Source: Auanema rhodensis (taxonomy: Eukaryota; Animalia; Nematoda). From it: a stretch of DNA of 64,000 bases. A program made the position numbers and the translations under genes. Positions within the stretch are counted from its first letter, which is position 1. Each line of letters begins with the position of its first letter. Positions 26,170 through 39,641 of the stretch are shown piece after piece. The notes under the pieces were generated by a model. It was not told where the DNA came from. It ran no database searches and saw only the letters and a list, made by a program, of their open reading frames with translations. The DNA lies in the NCBI GenBank assembly GCA_964057225.1, contig OZ059897.1, forward strand, positions 12,338,001 through 12,402,000, read 5' to 3'.

Positions 26170-26316
26170 TCTGAATAATTAATAATTTTCAAAATGTTAA
26201 AATAAAATGTATAAATAGCAGATGTGAAAATATTCAAACGATAAACTGTTATCATATTAAAAAGGTCGTTATACAACAACGGCATATAATCTATAGAATG
26301 TCACATATACTGTATG

Positions 26317-26325
26317 CGACGTGGC
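26317..26325. promoter_or_regulatory. XBP-1/UPRE-like element (GACGTGGC) in the bidirectional promoter
   Basis: CGACGTGGC (reverse GCCACGTCG) lies near the middle of the 338-nt gap between two divergent ER-lumen folding genes. Confidence 0.55.
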
Positions 26326-26507
26326 TAAACGCTTTTGCTGGAAATGTTGCTCTATTGCTAATCGTTTTGGAGCGTAATTTGAGAAAGCAGCATATACCTA
26401 TGTGGCTTTATGAAACGTGTGCTATTCCCATCCCTGCTTTTACTCTTTTTCCATTTCTTTTTTTCTTTTTTTCAATCGATTTTATTAATTTAATTTTTTT
26501 TCAGGAA

Positions 26508-27882
26508 ATGAGAATATTACACTTTTCTTCGTTACTAGTGTTATTAGCCTTATTAGAATATGTAATATGTGGAAGAGATTTTTACAAAATTCTTGGTGTA
26601 GCTCGGAATGCGAATGCACACCAGATTAAAAAAGCTTATCGTAAATTAGCTAAAGAATTGCATCCTGATAAAAATCCAGACGATCCTGAAGCAAACGAAA
26701 GGTTTCAAGATTTATCGGCTGCTTATGAGGTACTTTTTTTCGACATTTTCAAACTGATGCGTTTTCTGTAGGTTTTGTCGGATAAGGAAAAAAGAGCTAC
26801 ATATGATAGGCATGGAGAAGAAGGTGTTAATAAAATGGGAGGAGGTGGTGGTGGACACGATCCCTTCTCCTCTTTCTTCGGAGACTTCTTCGGAGGCGGA
26901 GGCGAAAGAGATGATCAAATTCCCAAGGTAATTTCGAAATATATTTTTTAATAATTATTTTATCCAGGGAGCTGATGTTGTTGTTGATCTTTTTGTCTCA
27001 TTAGAAGAAGTTTATGTTGGCCACTTTGTCGAAGTTAAACGTAAAAAAGCTGTTTATAAGCAAACTTCTGGAACACGCCAATGTAACTGCAGGTATATTT
27101 TTCTATATATCTTACCAATATTTCTATTTTTATTTTTTAGAACCGAGATGCGAACAGAACAAATGGGTATGGGTCGATTCCAGATGTATCAAGTAAGAAA
27201 ATAGAACAAACATAACAAACTAGTTATTTCTAGGTTAAAGTATGCGATGAATGTCCCAATGTTAAACTTGTGCAAGAAACTAAAGCTCTTGAGGTTTTGT
27301 GTTGTTCAATATGTGTGTGATTTAATGTATTTTTCTCAGGTTGAAGTTGAAGTTGGTGCTGATGATGGCCACGAACAAGTGTTTGTAGGAGAAGGTGAAC
27401 CTCATATCGAAGGTGAACCAGGAGATCTCAAGTTCAAAATTCAAATACAGAAACATCCAAGGTATTTTTTCTTTAAAATTATTTTGCATTGATTTTGATT
27501 TTTTTTAAGATTCGAACGTCGTGGAGACGATTTATACACTAATGTAACAATCTCATTGCAAGATGCTTTGAATGGTTTCACCATGGAAATAGAGCACCTG
27601 GATGGTCATAAGGTTTCACTTGAAAGAGATAAAGTAGGTTAAATTATGAGATTTTGTTTCTAATCGTTTGGTTAGGTCACTTGGCCAGGTGCTCGCCTGA
27701 GAAAGAAGGATGAGGGAATGCCTTCACTTAGTGATAATAACAAGAGAGGAATTTTATATATCACATTTGATGTAGCTTTCCCTCGTACTGAATTAACAAC
27801 AGAACAGAAGAAGATAATAGAAGAATTATTGCAACAAGGTGATGTGAAACCTAAAGTATATAATGGTCTTCAAGGGTATTAG
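26508..27882 (+). CDS. dnj-20: ER DnaJ co-chaperone DNAJB11/ERdj3
   Basis: TTTCAG acceptor just before the ATG; signal peptide; J domain [10 protein letters not shown]...[10 protein letters not shown]; G/F region; RQCNCR...[12 protein letters not shown]; [13 protein letters not shown]; ends KVYNGLQGY*. Confidence 0.95.
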
Positions 27883-28665
27883 ATAAGCATTTTACTTCAA
27901 TATCTAATAAGTGCCCTATCTTGTAGTTTTTATCTTTGCTTGTCATTTCTCTTTGATAACAGGTTCTTTCATTTAATGATCATTTATTAGTATTTATTTT
28001 TAAAAACCTCTGCACAGGTTAGGATCCCTAATTTGATTCGGACAGCCTTTTTCTTAAAGTCCGTATCATTATGTGATATTCGGGTTCGCTTATGCAATCG
28101 GATTAGTTAATTGTTTCCTATTATATATTTTTGGTCTGTGATAAATTTTAACATCAGTTCAATAACTTACCGAGTATCCGATGCTATTGCCTTGCCCTTT
28201 AATAAATGTTATCATATATAAACAGTTTGTATGGATTGTCTTGAATTTTGCGAAAGTTTTGCTTGAGCAGAGCTCAGATGAATAGATAAATCGAATTTTT
28301 AAATGTAATGAATTGGTTCGTTAATTCCGTTGTCTAGAGTGATAAATCTAATTATTATGTGTTGCTTAACAGGTGTAACTGTTCTTTGCCCTAGAAAAAC
28401 GAGTAATATTTTATTCACGATGTCAAGGAAGTTTGGTCTATTGTCTGAAACATCTTGTTCATAAAATGATTGTTCCTATTATCCGTCATATCAATCTCCA
28501 TAATTTTATAAATTAATTTCATAGTGATTTTAAAAAAATTCTAAGTGGCTGGTAATTTTCTATAAAAAATTGCATTCGATTGTTCAAAAGATTAAACGCA
28601 TTTCTCAGAGTTTTCAAAAATTTTATTTAATTAATTTCTAAATTAGGATATACTTCGATATCACA

Positions 28666-30290
28666 CTATTTTGTAACAACTATTCTGGTGTTCCATTGAT
28701 TTTCCAATTCAGAAAAATATATTGTACGAGATTTATGATTATCTGATGTTCGTTGTGCATCTGCTTTGAGACGTTCCTTTTTCTGTTTATAAATTACAGT
28801 AAGTAAATATATATTTTGTAAGACCACATAGTATGGAATCACCTTCAATATCGAGAATTATTAAAGAAAAGTAAATGATATAAACAACTCACATAAACAC
28901 TGCAACAAAGTAAACGAAATTTAACCATACTCATCGTGTTTATATAAGTTCTCAGTATTATTGTACCTAAACAGAAAGATATCAATATTTTGTATATTGA
29001 AATTAAGCTTTTTCAAATTTTATTTCAACTTTATCGTTGTTATTTAACTAAAATTTTAGTTTCTTGAAGTATATGAAAATTACTTGTAATGTAGAATGCC
29101 ATTAAAAAGAAATGTATAAGAGTGAGAGGCAGTGCAAATTTTATTGCCGACATATTTTCTAATATTTGGAATTTGGCTCCCAATGTATTTTCCCTGTAAA
29201 GAATATATTAAAATTTCAATAGGAAGATAATTATATGTTGAGTCAATCTCAATAGCATACTAATAATATGAAAGCATTGAAAAGTAAGTGATGAAAGAAG
29301 GTTGCCATGCAGCGAATGTCTTCTTTTGCTTTTTTTTTTCAATATTACTACCTTATTCTTGATTGTATCTTGTTATATCTCCAGTCATATGAAAATAATA
29401 TAATAGATATCAGTTCCATTGCTATAAGTGTCATGAACAAATGATTTGTTGTACGAGCTGCTGTTACTGGCATAGCTATACAAATAGTTTGTCCTTCAGT
29501 AGTATCAGTATCACTTAAACCATAAAAGGATAATACCGACGTCAATAAAATCTAAAAACAAAATATCAATTGGAATAATGGTTTAGTTAGAATTATACAT
29601 TTGTTATTGCTAATACATATCCAAAGCGTTTTCCAGTACTTTCATATTTCTCGGCATAGACAGTAGAAACATGCCTTTCTAAACTCATACAACCCTACAA
29701 CATGAATTAATTATTTTTTTATTTTTTATTTCTGTAATTCTGATATGTACCTGAGTAACACACATGCCTGTTAATGACCACGTAACTGGAGCGAAGCCCC
29801 AAAAGCAATGTTTCACTTGAAATACTATTTCACATTCTGTTTTATATGTAAAAAAATAAAAAAACGCATGAATCTGGAAGAAATAGTAAACACAAACAAA
29901 TTTCACAGGAAAATTTTTTAGAAGCTAACGTCAAGCTTAAAATAAACTTACAAGCGCACTCAGCATCACACATGAGAATAAGCTTGTATAGAATATATTA
30001 AAATATATTAAAAACTAAAGTAAATATAAATTAATATAAATTAATAAAATATTAGATATATACTTTTAGATTTGGATGAAATATTGACATTCTAGAAAAG
30101 TTTCTTACAATAGGTAATAATAATACTAAGGCAGCTAATGAACAGAAGAAATAAGCCCATAATAATCCCTAAAAATTATAATTTATATATATGTTTATTA
30201 TGTTGTTTAAAAAGAAAATTATAATACCTGATATAATGGAAGAGTTATTAAACTAAATAGCTGATCACATAGTATATCAGAAATGGACAT
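28666..30290 (-). CDS. Nematode serpentine chemoreceptor, Sra superfamily (srab/sra/srb-like); one splice acceptor appears non-canonical
   Basis: FHPNLK after TM1, ERHVSTVYAEKYE, TLGAKFQILEN and a C-terminal YFSELENQW, all typical of Sra-superfamily receptors. Multiple hydrophobic exons. Confidence 0.75.
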
Positions 30291-30968
30291 CCCACGACTG
30301 CTAGATATACTTCAAATGAATAGTTTTAGAAAACGGGTGGAACCAAAGAAAATAATTGACTTCGAGGTCTTTGAGCATGAAGCCTTCATCTTCATTATTG
30401 CGAATTGACGACGATTGAAACGAAAAGAAGATAAAAAATAGAATATTTTGAGATTTAAAAAAATTAAATTTAAGTATATAGGTATTTTTAAATATATGTA
30501 TTAATAATATAATACATAATAAATGAACATCTACATGTCTATCTATATGAATATTTATTTTATAAAGTTAAAAAGATTTTCTCGCTATCAACTAATTCAT
30601 AATTGAATAAATCTTTGAGTTTTGAAGAAAAATTCAATTCGTTATTAGACATATAAAAATGCATTAGAAATTTAAAATAATTAATTCAAACGTTTATTAA
30701 ATGACGAGCGAATTGAATAACTTTGATAAAAAAAAAGATATTTATAAAGAATAAAAAAAAGTCAAATAGTTAAATATACTCATATATAGACTATATATAC
30801 TATATAAGTTGAAAGATAATTTAATAGTAAAGATTTTTGATTTATCTTACGACTTGTTGACAACGTTTTAAGAATTGTTCATTGCAATAGTTTACTAAGT
30901 ATGTACAAAAAGCTTCGTAGCGAAATATATTATACAGCTTTCTTGTTAAAGAAAAATGAACTTTTTAA

Positions 30969-33900
30969 TTAAAGTTGAGGAAGTAGATTTTTCTGGCAAG
31001 GTTCAATGAAGAAGAGGTCTGTAGATCTATGAAGTCGAACATTATCTAAGCCGCAAATGCCGTCAGTTGTACCATAATTTTCACAAATGAATACTATCTG
31101 AAAATAAAATTAATCGTGGGTATATCGTCAATTTCACAGAAACAAAACAAGCGCTTTTTTACCTTTTCTGTTCTGGCAGGGCATTCAAATTTACCAACTT
31201 GCCACAGAACAGCTCCGGCTTCTGATGGAGTTGCAAAAGGACACTCCAGACTATTTCCGACGAAGCAACATCCGACTAAGCGAGTACCCAATTTCCATTC
31301 TAAGACATCAAATAAGACCTACAATTAAATTAATTTAACAAAGAAAAAGAGTTTAACATACCATATGAGCTTCTTGCATTATAGTGTCTGTTTCTAATAT
31401 CGATAATTCACCAGATGGTACTATGGCTTGAATAAACTTTGACAACCCAACTAAATATAGATACTTCCTTGTTTAAAATACATTTGTGATTTTATAACCA
31501 GAGTTCAGATGAAAACGAGCTTGTTGAGGAACTTCACCGGGAGCTGTCCAGCTGCAAAAGCCATTTTCAAATAAACATCCACCAGGTGTTGTGCATTGAG
31601 CTGGGATTCCTACGTGTAAAGGTCTGTAACATATTTCCGTTTTTTCCTAACATCAATGCAATATGCTTGCAGGAATTCCTTGAACGTGCCTATGAAACTC
31701 TGCTAATGGTACCGTCGGCTTGATCACAAGCGGTTTTCTAGGAATCACGAGAGTTGATTTCGTCACAGATGATGTTTCTGTCACGATGGTATGCTTTGTA
31801 TCTGGGGTTGTTCCAATTATTTGGGCATTTCCCTGTGAAATTAACATAAACAAAGTAGGAAAAATTGAAATATTTGACAAACCATGTTCAATGCCTTTCG
31901 ATTTTTTTTAATTTTTTCAGGAACAAGCACATCAACAATATCCTAAAAAGAAAAGAATTAGATCAAATAATATATGAATATTATGCATAATAATTGAAAA
32001 TTGGTTTGTTAACCAATATTTATGAAAAGGTAATGTTTTACTTCATCTTCATCATCCTCATCATCACCATCATTATCATCTGTTACATAATTTGGGTCTA
32101 GAAAATTGGCAAGATCTTTTCCTAATAAATCATTCAAGGCTGAAATTATAAAGTTGTTAAAGTATAGCTAAATCTTGAACATACGGTTGAAGTCTTTCGA
32201 GCTTGGGCTTGGCACAGTTGCTCCCAGAACTGCAGCTAATCCTCCACTGAAATAACCATTTTTTTCTTAAATATGTCATTTACAAACCTTGATTGAAGTT
32301 TGGGATCAACAGGATTGGCAGGAATTGCCTAAATAACTTAATTATAATAATATATTTTAATAACGAAACCTGTTTCGATGTCTCATTGACTTTATCGCGA
32401 GAGAGTAATTTTTCTCTAACTCTTTTATCTGTTTGAGCCAGTTCTTTGAGAGATATCTAAATCATATAACATGAATTATGACACATATAATTATTTCTTG
32501 TCGATATGATAGGCTAGTAAAAACATTGATAGTAACCGCATTGTTACACAACGACTAGTACGGTGTTAAAAACAAGGGAGCCAGTGCCTCTATAGCTCAG
32601 TGGTAGAGCGTTGGTCTTGTAAACCAAAGGTCGGTGGTTCGATCCCGCCTGGAGGCAGCTTCCCTTTTTGTTTTTGTAATTAAGAAACTCAGTTTTTTGT
32701 TTCCTTTTATGGAAGGACATGCTCAAATTTACCTTTTTAACATTTTTAGTTTTTATTACTTCTGCGGAGAAGAATTCTTCTTGTTTCTTCTTCGATGGTT
32801 CTACTATAACCAGTTTTGGCTTATGTTCACTAATAATTATATTATAAATCAACAAATTGAAATAATTAAAGTCTTACACCGATTGTTCTGATGATGAACA
32901 TTGTTTATAATAAACATTTATCTTATCAATCATAACTACTGATTCAATACGTTCATCAGTGTTTTCCGACACAAATTGAAGCTATAAATTATCAGAAAAA
33001 GTTAAAAGCTTAAGAGAAAGAAACTCACAATTATTTCAACATCAGAAGGTACTTCAAAGCTCTGAGATATGATTTGACTTTGTCTTGAAGCTAAAGCTGG
33101 ATGACAGTCATTCAATACTGTCGTATCATTGGCTAGTGACCAACATACACTTAAACGAGATGTCGGACTCTGCCAGTTTCTGAAAAAAAGTGTTCATACG
33201 GTTTTATTATTCATATAAATAAATTAATTTCTTTCATACTTTATGAAACTATTATAAACAAGATTTTAATTTCTATTATACTTCGTCGAAATAGGACAAG
33301 ATTTCAAGTGTCATTTCAATAGAAATGATATCGGATCAATAAAAATTATATTTGCATCCAGATTATATTCAATCGTCATTAAACCTGTAACTTTTCAGTT
33401 TCAAAATATATGTTTAAAGATAAAACTAATCAAAATAAAATAAAATAGAAAAAGATACAATTGAACCAAAAATCATTTACATGTCACTTAACAGTTCATC
33501 AAAGAAACTGGAAAAGAATACCGAAATATGAAAGTGATTTCCGTAAAAATTAGTTGTCGCGTTGTTTCTCAACTTTTGCTTTCGTTTTTTTTCCAAAAAT
33601 TGAAATTAACAACGAGAGTAATATAACTCACCTATAATCAACTGCAACTCTACCATTTGAAGAGCAAAAAGCACATGAACTGAAAATTCCTTGATCTTTT
33701 GTACTTATTCTTCTGATGTAACGTCCAGCTAAATAACAAAAAATAATATATCTATTCAAAAAACATCTGACAACAGATTTAATGAAATTTCTGCCATTTT
33801 AAACCAGTTTTGTCTACTTTTTTGTTGAAAGCTTTTATAGATACTTGATTAATCTTTGAAAAAGGAGGAAGAAACTAGAACCGGGTGGCGGCTTGCTCCT

Positions 33901-34155
33901 TCCAACTAGGAATGTCCTTCTGAACTCATTAATGTTGATACTATGACCATTCTGAACTTCCCATCCATAATCACCTGACCAACAACATTGTGATTCAAAA
34001 TCACAATTCAAACTATCAGGATCAGAATCAGCAACTTAAGAAAGAATAAAAATAAATAAAGTACAAGTATAATTCTTGTTAAACAAACCTGTAGCCTGAA
34101 GAAGTACGAGTACTCCTGCTAAAATTTGTAAATGACGTCTGCAGCGTATCAGCAT
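30969..34155 (-). CDS. Secreted protein with two MAM-like domains separated by a low-complexity linker
   Basis: Signal peptide MLIRCRRHLQILAGVLVLLQAT; domain 1 begins SLNCDFESQCCW; domain 2 runs GCLFENGFCSW...GTRLVGCC...ECPF...FECP...IVFICENYGTTDGICGLDNVRL...EPCQKNLLPQL*; the linker is acidic and Pro/Thr-rich. Middle exons were not fully verified. Confidence 0.75.
32586..32657 (+). tRNA. tRNA-Thr(TGT), antisense inside an intron of the MAM-domain gene
   Basis: GCCTCTA/TGGAGGC acceptor stem, A-box TAGCTCAGTGG, anticodon arm TTGGT-CT-TGT-AA-ACCAA, B-box GGTTCGATCCC and a T-run terminator just downstream. Confidence 0.97.
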
Positions 34156-34992
34156 GATGACAGGCTAAAGAAAATTTCGCTTGAAATCTTTCTCCTGTTC
34201 ACCTAGGAAGAACCATTCTAGGCTAGAAGCTCCTCCCATTCAATATCCTATCCGTTCTTTCCTTTTCTTTGCAACGCTTTCGTACAATACCATTTAAATG
34301 GTCTTTCTTCATCTTCTTCAACAATCTTCTTCTTCTTCTTCTTCTTCTTCATCTCCTTCAATGAAGAAGAAAGCCAGCCCCCCATGGGTTGTCCAGAAAC
34401 AGAATCCAATACCTTTCACCTTCACCTTTCGTCACACATTATAAATTTTTACCTCTGCTAAAGGATTTACAGAGTCATTGAAGTGAATCACATACATAAA
34501 TCTATCTAAATTCACATCTCTCTATGTATATTTAGAAAATAAGATGAATAATAAACAATCACATGTTCATATAAGTTTGTATAAAATAAAATATTTTCTA
34601 CATAATATGTATATAAGTAAACATTATTTATAACTATTTATATCACAAATTCAAAAAAACAATAACCTATAGATTGATTGAAATGAAAGAAATGAAATGA
34701 AGAACTGGTCAAATGATTACCATATTTTTAGCAAATTCATGTCAAATAAAAAAGAAACACCCAAAATTTCAAGTTTTTTTAAAGGTAATTGACCTCTTGT
34801 TTAACTCCTGATACACTTCATCATCTACATACATATGTATATTCCTCGTCAAAAAAATAATAAATATACTAAGATAAATTATAATATATATATATATACT
34901 ATATATATATATATATATAATTCTAAAAACTATATAAAACCCGCATTTTCATAATGAGAATCAACGCTTCAGATATGAACTATGGTTATCCT

Positions 34993-37616
34993 TTATAATA
35001 TTGAACATGTCTTACTTCTATGCATTGCTTTTACTGTATTTTTTGTTATTTTTCGATTTGTTTGTTGTTGACTAAATTCTTGAACTGCTGACGAAGTTGA
35101 TGTAATATTCTTCTGTAAAATTAAAATTTTTAAAATATTTAAATTCTGTTCCTTTAACATACTTTATTCTTTTCTTCTGATTGTAACTGATATTGAATAA
35201 TTCGAAATGTTCCTGTAATAGCATTTCGTGGTCCCGTATCTTCTTCAAACATATCTTCATTTATTCCATAGCTATTCATTATTCTCCAAACCTTAATGAG
35301 AAAAGTTTTTTGAATTTAAACAATTTTCTTATTACCTTTTCCATAATTTTTTTCTTTTCATTATCATTCTTTTCAATATTCAACGAGAATTCAATGTATG
35401 ACTTCTCAAATCTGCAGTCTTGAAGCCAAAAATTTTTCTGAAATTTTGCTCGATAATGAATTTATACGATATAAGTCAGTAAACTCTACCTTGATTTCGT
35501 CTATTCCTGGTCTCATATTTGCTTCCATGTTGAGCATACTTCTAATAAGATTTTGAGCACTTTGAGATACATATTCTGGTATTGAATAAGCACCTGCCAT
35601 TATAGTCTAAGTCAAGTTCAATATATTTGTTATTTCATCAAAAAAATTATAACCGTTTTCAAATCTTGAACTGTTTCTCCTCGAAACGGAGTTACTCCTA
35701 CAAGCATAAAGTATAGCAAAACAGCTAAAGCCCAAACATCAACAGCAGTACCAGCATAACTTTTATCTCTAAATAATATATTTCTTTATTATATATTATT
35801 CCTAATTTGTTTATTATATTATATTATATATTTTATGTTTTTAACTTACCTAAACAACTCTGGAGCTGCATATGGGGGACTGCCACAAAATGTTGAAAGT
35901 GGTTCTGTGGCTGTTGGTAATAGGCAAGAAAATCCGAAATCAACTAGCTAAATTAGAAAACTTGTTGAAGATTACAATATAAGAAGTAAATATTGCATTT
36001 CATTATCGTTAACATTGTAAAAGTATTCAGAAAAAAATGGTCAATTACCTTAACAACCCCCGGAGCAGAAAACATCACATTTTCAGCTTTAATATCCCGA
36101 TGAACCAAATTTCTGTTGTGCTGAAAATTTTGTTTTATACAATTTTTATTATATATAGACGTTTGAGGAACCATGTGAGATACAGCGGATACAATTTGAG
36201 CATATAGAGGCTTTGCTTCCGTTTCTGATAGCTTTCCACGTTCATGAACATAGACATACAACTCTCCACCGCCAGCATATTCGAGAATTAAATGAACTCG
36301 AGTTAATGTATCTACACACTATAAATAAATTTTATTAATATATAATTATATAAATAAATAAAATATGAATAACTATTAAAATAACCTCAAATAAACGAAT
36401 AATATTTGGATGATTCATTTGTTCCATTGACTGTATTTCACGAGCTAATAATCGTTGAGCTTTTTGATCCATTTTGCCTTTTTCCATAATTTTTACAGCA
36501 ACTTTTTCTAAGAAAATAAAAGTAATAATTTGTTTATATGTAAAATTTAACCTTTTGTAAGCACATGAACACCTAATTTTACTTTTGAAAAGTTTCCGGA
36601 TCCAAGTTCTTTGCCCAGACGATAGAAACCTATTCGTTTACCTAGAGCAACCTGACACAAATATATAGTTTGATGTTTAATAATTAACAAACATACTTCT
36701 TTCTGATACATGGTATCATTAGCTAACATATGTATTGTTCTTTCATATGAGCTCATATCATTGGTATTGGATATTGTACTCACAGGTAGAGAAACAGCTG
36801 ATTTTGTTCGAGAAAAAGCATCTTCTCGAGCCTGAAACATAATTCAAATCATGTTGGTAAAAAAAACATAAATAATCTCATCATTATGTATGATAATTAC
36901 CGGTTTAGTTGATGATGTTGGCTCACTATCGTGTCGGGAAACAGTGAAACGAGTAGGTTCTTCAGTTTCTCCAATTGAAGCATCGGATTCACCGCTGTCT
37001 TCCTTAAAAAAGATAAAACGTTAAAAGAGGATAATAGTTGTTTTGACATCAATATATAATAAATGAAATAAACCTTTATAATCAGAAGAGTTAGTTTTAG
37101 TTTGCGATACATGCATTGGTTACATAGAATGATAGAAAAACTCAGCAAAAGATGATAATAGTAACGAAGAGGTGGATGATGTGCTGTGTTGATGATGTAT
37201 GAATCCAAACGAAACGAATTCGAATGACTACGTAATAGCACTATATAATTTTTCTTTCATGAATATAAGCCTTGTTCATTTCCTGACGATAGAAACCAAT
37301 TGGAACGAGCTTTAAACTATAGATTTCTCTGTTCAAGAACAGAGTTATAGGAAGATTTCTATATTCCAAAATAGAAAAGTTGGAAAGAGTTGAATGGTGT
37401 GACTAACAAATAGGGGGGGGGGCAGAGAGAAAAAGAATTGTTAATAGAAGAGAAAAAGAAAGAGGATCAATGAAAATATATATTAATATTGAGATATATA
37501 TATATGCATCTATTTCATATTTCAATTTATATCATAATTCTAACCTGAATTGAAGCATAGGTAGGAGGTTCGCTTCTTATGACACGTTGTACAGGTCCTT
37601 TCTGTGAGCTCTTCAT
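34993..37616 (-). CDS. NIM1K: NIM1-family (AMPK-related) Ser/Thr kinase
   Basis: ALGKRIGFYRLGKELGSGNFSKVKLG, VAVKIM, HPNIIRLFE, HRDIKAEN, DFGFS, TFCGSPPYAAPELF, VDVWALAV, and a C-terminal SKTCSIL* resembling the NIM1K end. First coding exon inferred at 37545-37616 (MKSSQKGPVQRVIRSEPPTYASIQ). Confidence 0.9.
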
Positions 37617-39610
37617 TTACAATTTTATGAGTATCTGTAAAAATATCTGAGAATGAAAAAGAAAAAATAATATTTCCAAAAAGAAGATATATAAAAGAAT
37701 ATTTGGTGCTATCATATGCATGTATATAGATGCGTGTAAATGTATGATTATGATTAAGAAAATATTTTTTGAGATTCATAGTATTGAAAGAAAAAGAACA
37801 CAATCCAAGTTAGCTAGATTATCTCTAAAGCAAGAAAGATTAGAGAATTTTATCTAGATTGACATTAACAATAGTTTTTCTTGTAAGAATATTTTGTGGT
37901 ATAGCAAAAGTATTTTCTATTCTTTATATAAAACAATTCAGGTTGAAGACTTTGAAATGTTTTTTTTGTGATGTAAGAAAGTAAAATAGACTATCATAAC
38001 ACCAAAAAACTGCTGAATATGAATACGCATCCATGATAATATTTCAAATCGCATTATTACTAATGTTCAAAAATTATTTTAGTTAGTTTTCATGTGTGCA
38101 AGAAAACTAATATTCTCTCCGAATTTTTTTTTTCTATAATTCAAGTATAGATTTCATTAGTTTATGATGATATTTCAATGGAAGCATGTAAACCTTTGAA
38201 AAAAATCAGAAATTACATTGATATTAAGTATGGCTTTACCTTTTGCTGTTTTTTTTTGAGCTCATCAATTCATAAACTTCTATTCTGTCTTATACTTCTT
38301 TCTTATGTCCTAAAATTAATTGTTTTTGCATTATTTAAGAAAAATGTTTAAAAATAAATATTTTAACAATAAAGAAATTAAATATTTACATTTAAATAAT
38401 AGAAGTAATAATAATAGTAAAAGATATACTAATTTACTTTAATTATTTATATAAAAGTATGATAATTATTACATACAAACATGAATATGTATGAAATTAA
38501 TATAAAAGAGAGAAATGATTAACAGGATAAGCTAATCGCCTTCAATCTTGAGCAGCATGTAAGGTTGTTTCTTATATAGAATCTATTTCAACCAATATAC
38601 ATATACATATCTATATGAATTCTAACCTCATAAAACCTTTCATAAAATGAAAAACAAATATTCAAAGTATGACTTGTATGACTTGTATTACACTAAAACA
38701 ACAATCAATCTATTTGAACGAAAAAAATGTTCACAGATATACATTCATATACATACGTATATGTATCAATATTAACGCAAATCAATGATAATCAAAAGAA
38801 TGAAATAAGGGAAATGAAAAGAGGAAAGAAAACATACTTAATCCTCATATGTATATAAACTAGATAGAGAAATAGGGGTGTAGATGATTTTCAAGTAGTC
38901 AAGACGAAATAGATAAGGAGATAATTTGCAAATCACCATGGAGAAGCTAGTCGTCTGCTCATCTATATCATAAATTTCATTCTCTTACTATTTTGTTTAT
39001 GAGAAAGAGAGAAAAAAAGAGAAAAATATTTTAAAAAATCAAAAGAATAATAATATATTATACCATAAATGCATGTATAAATAAGCGAAAATATTCGGAC
39101 TAATATTGTTGTATGAATGTATCGTGAATGTTCTATCTGTGATAATAACAACAACAAATATTAATAAAGTCAAATAGTAATTTTACAATTAATTTATATA
39201 TTCTTATTTAGTTTTTTTTCTCTTTAATATATAAATATATGTATATTAAGATATATATATATATTTGGTCAATGTTATTATTATTAATAAAATATTAAAT
39301 CATTGTTTTCATAAAAACAAAAATCATAGGGGCTTAAGCATTTAGTATAATGAATTTCGGATCAATATATACTGCAAAGATTTATAAAATAAAATGATAA
39401 CAAGAGATTTGAAATGATTTATAAATTATTGGGGCAGAATAGATTTTAATAAATATACTATGCTTCAAACAACGATAATTAGAAGCCATTGCAAGCATTT
39501 CAAATCTTTAGAACTACACTTCATCTCTTAAACATATATGTGTTTGTTATCTTCTAATCTTTTTATCTCTGAATCTTTTATTCTATATATCATTTATATA
39601 TTACTAAAAC

Positions 39611-39641
<31 letters not shown>

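Noticed and set aside
26298-26507. 70-aa N-terminal extension of DNAJB11 in the ORF track
   Set aside because: It runs through promoter sequence and a polypyrimidine/TTTCAG acceptor. The signal peptide starts at ATG 26508.
32544-32732. ORF segment GSCLQAGSNHRPLVYKTNALPLSYRG
   Set aside because: It is the antisense translation of the tRNA-Thr gene inside an intron.
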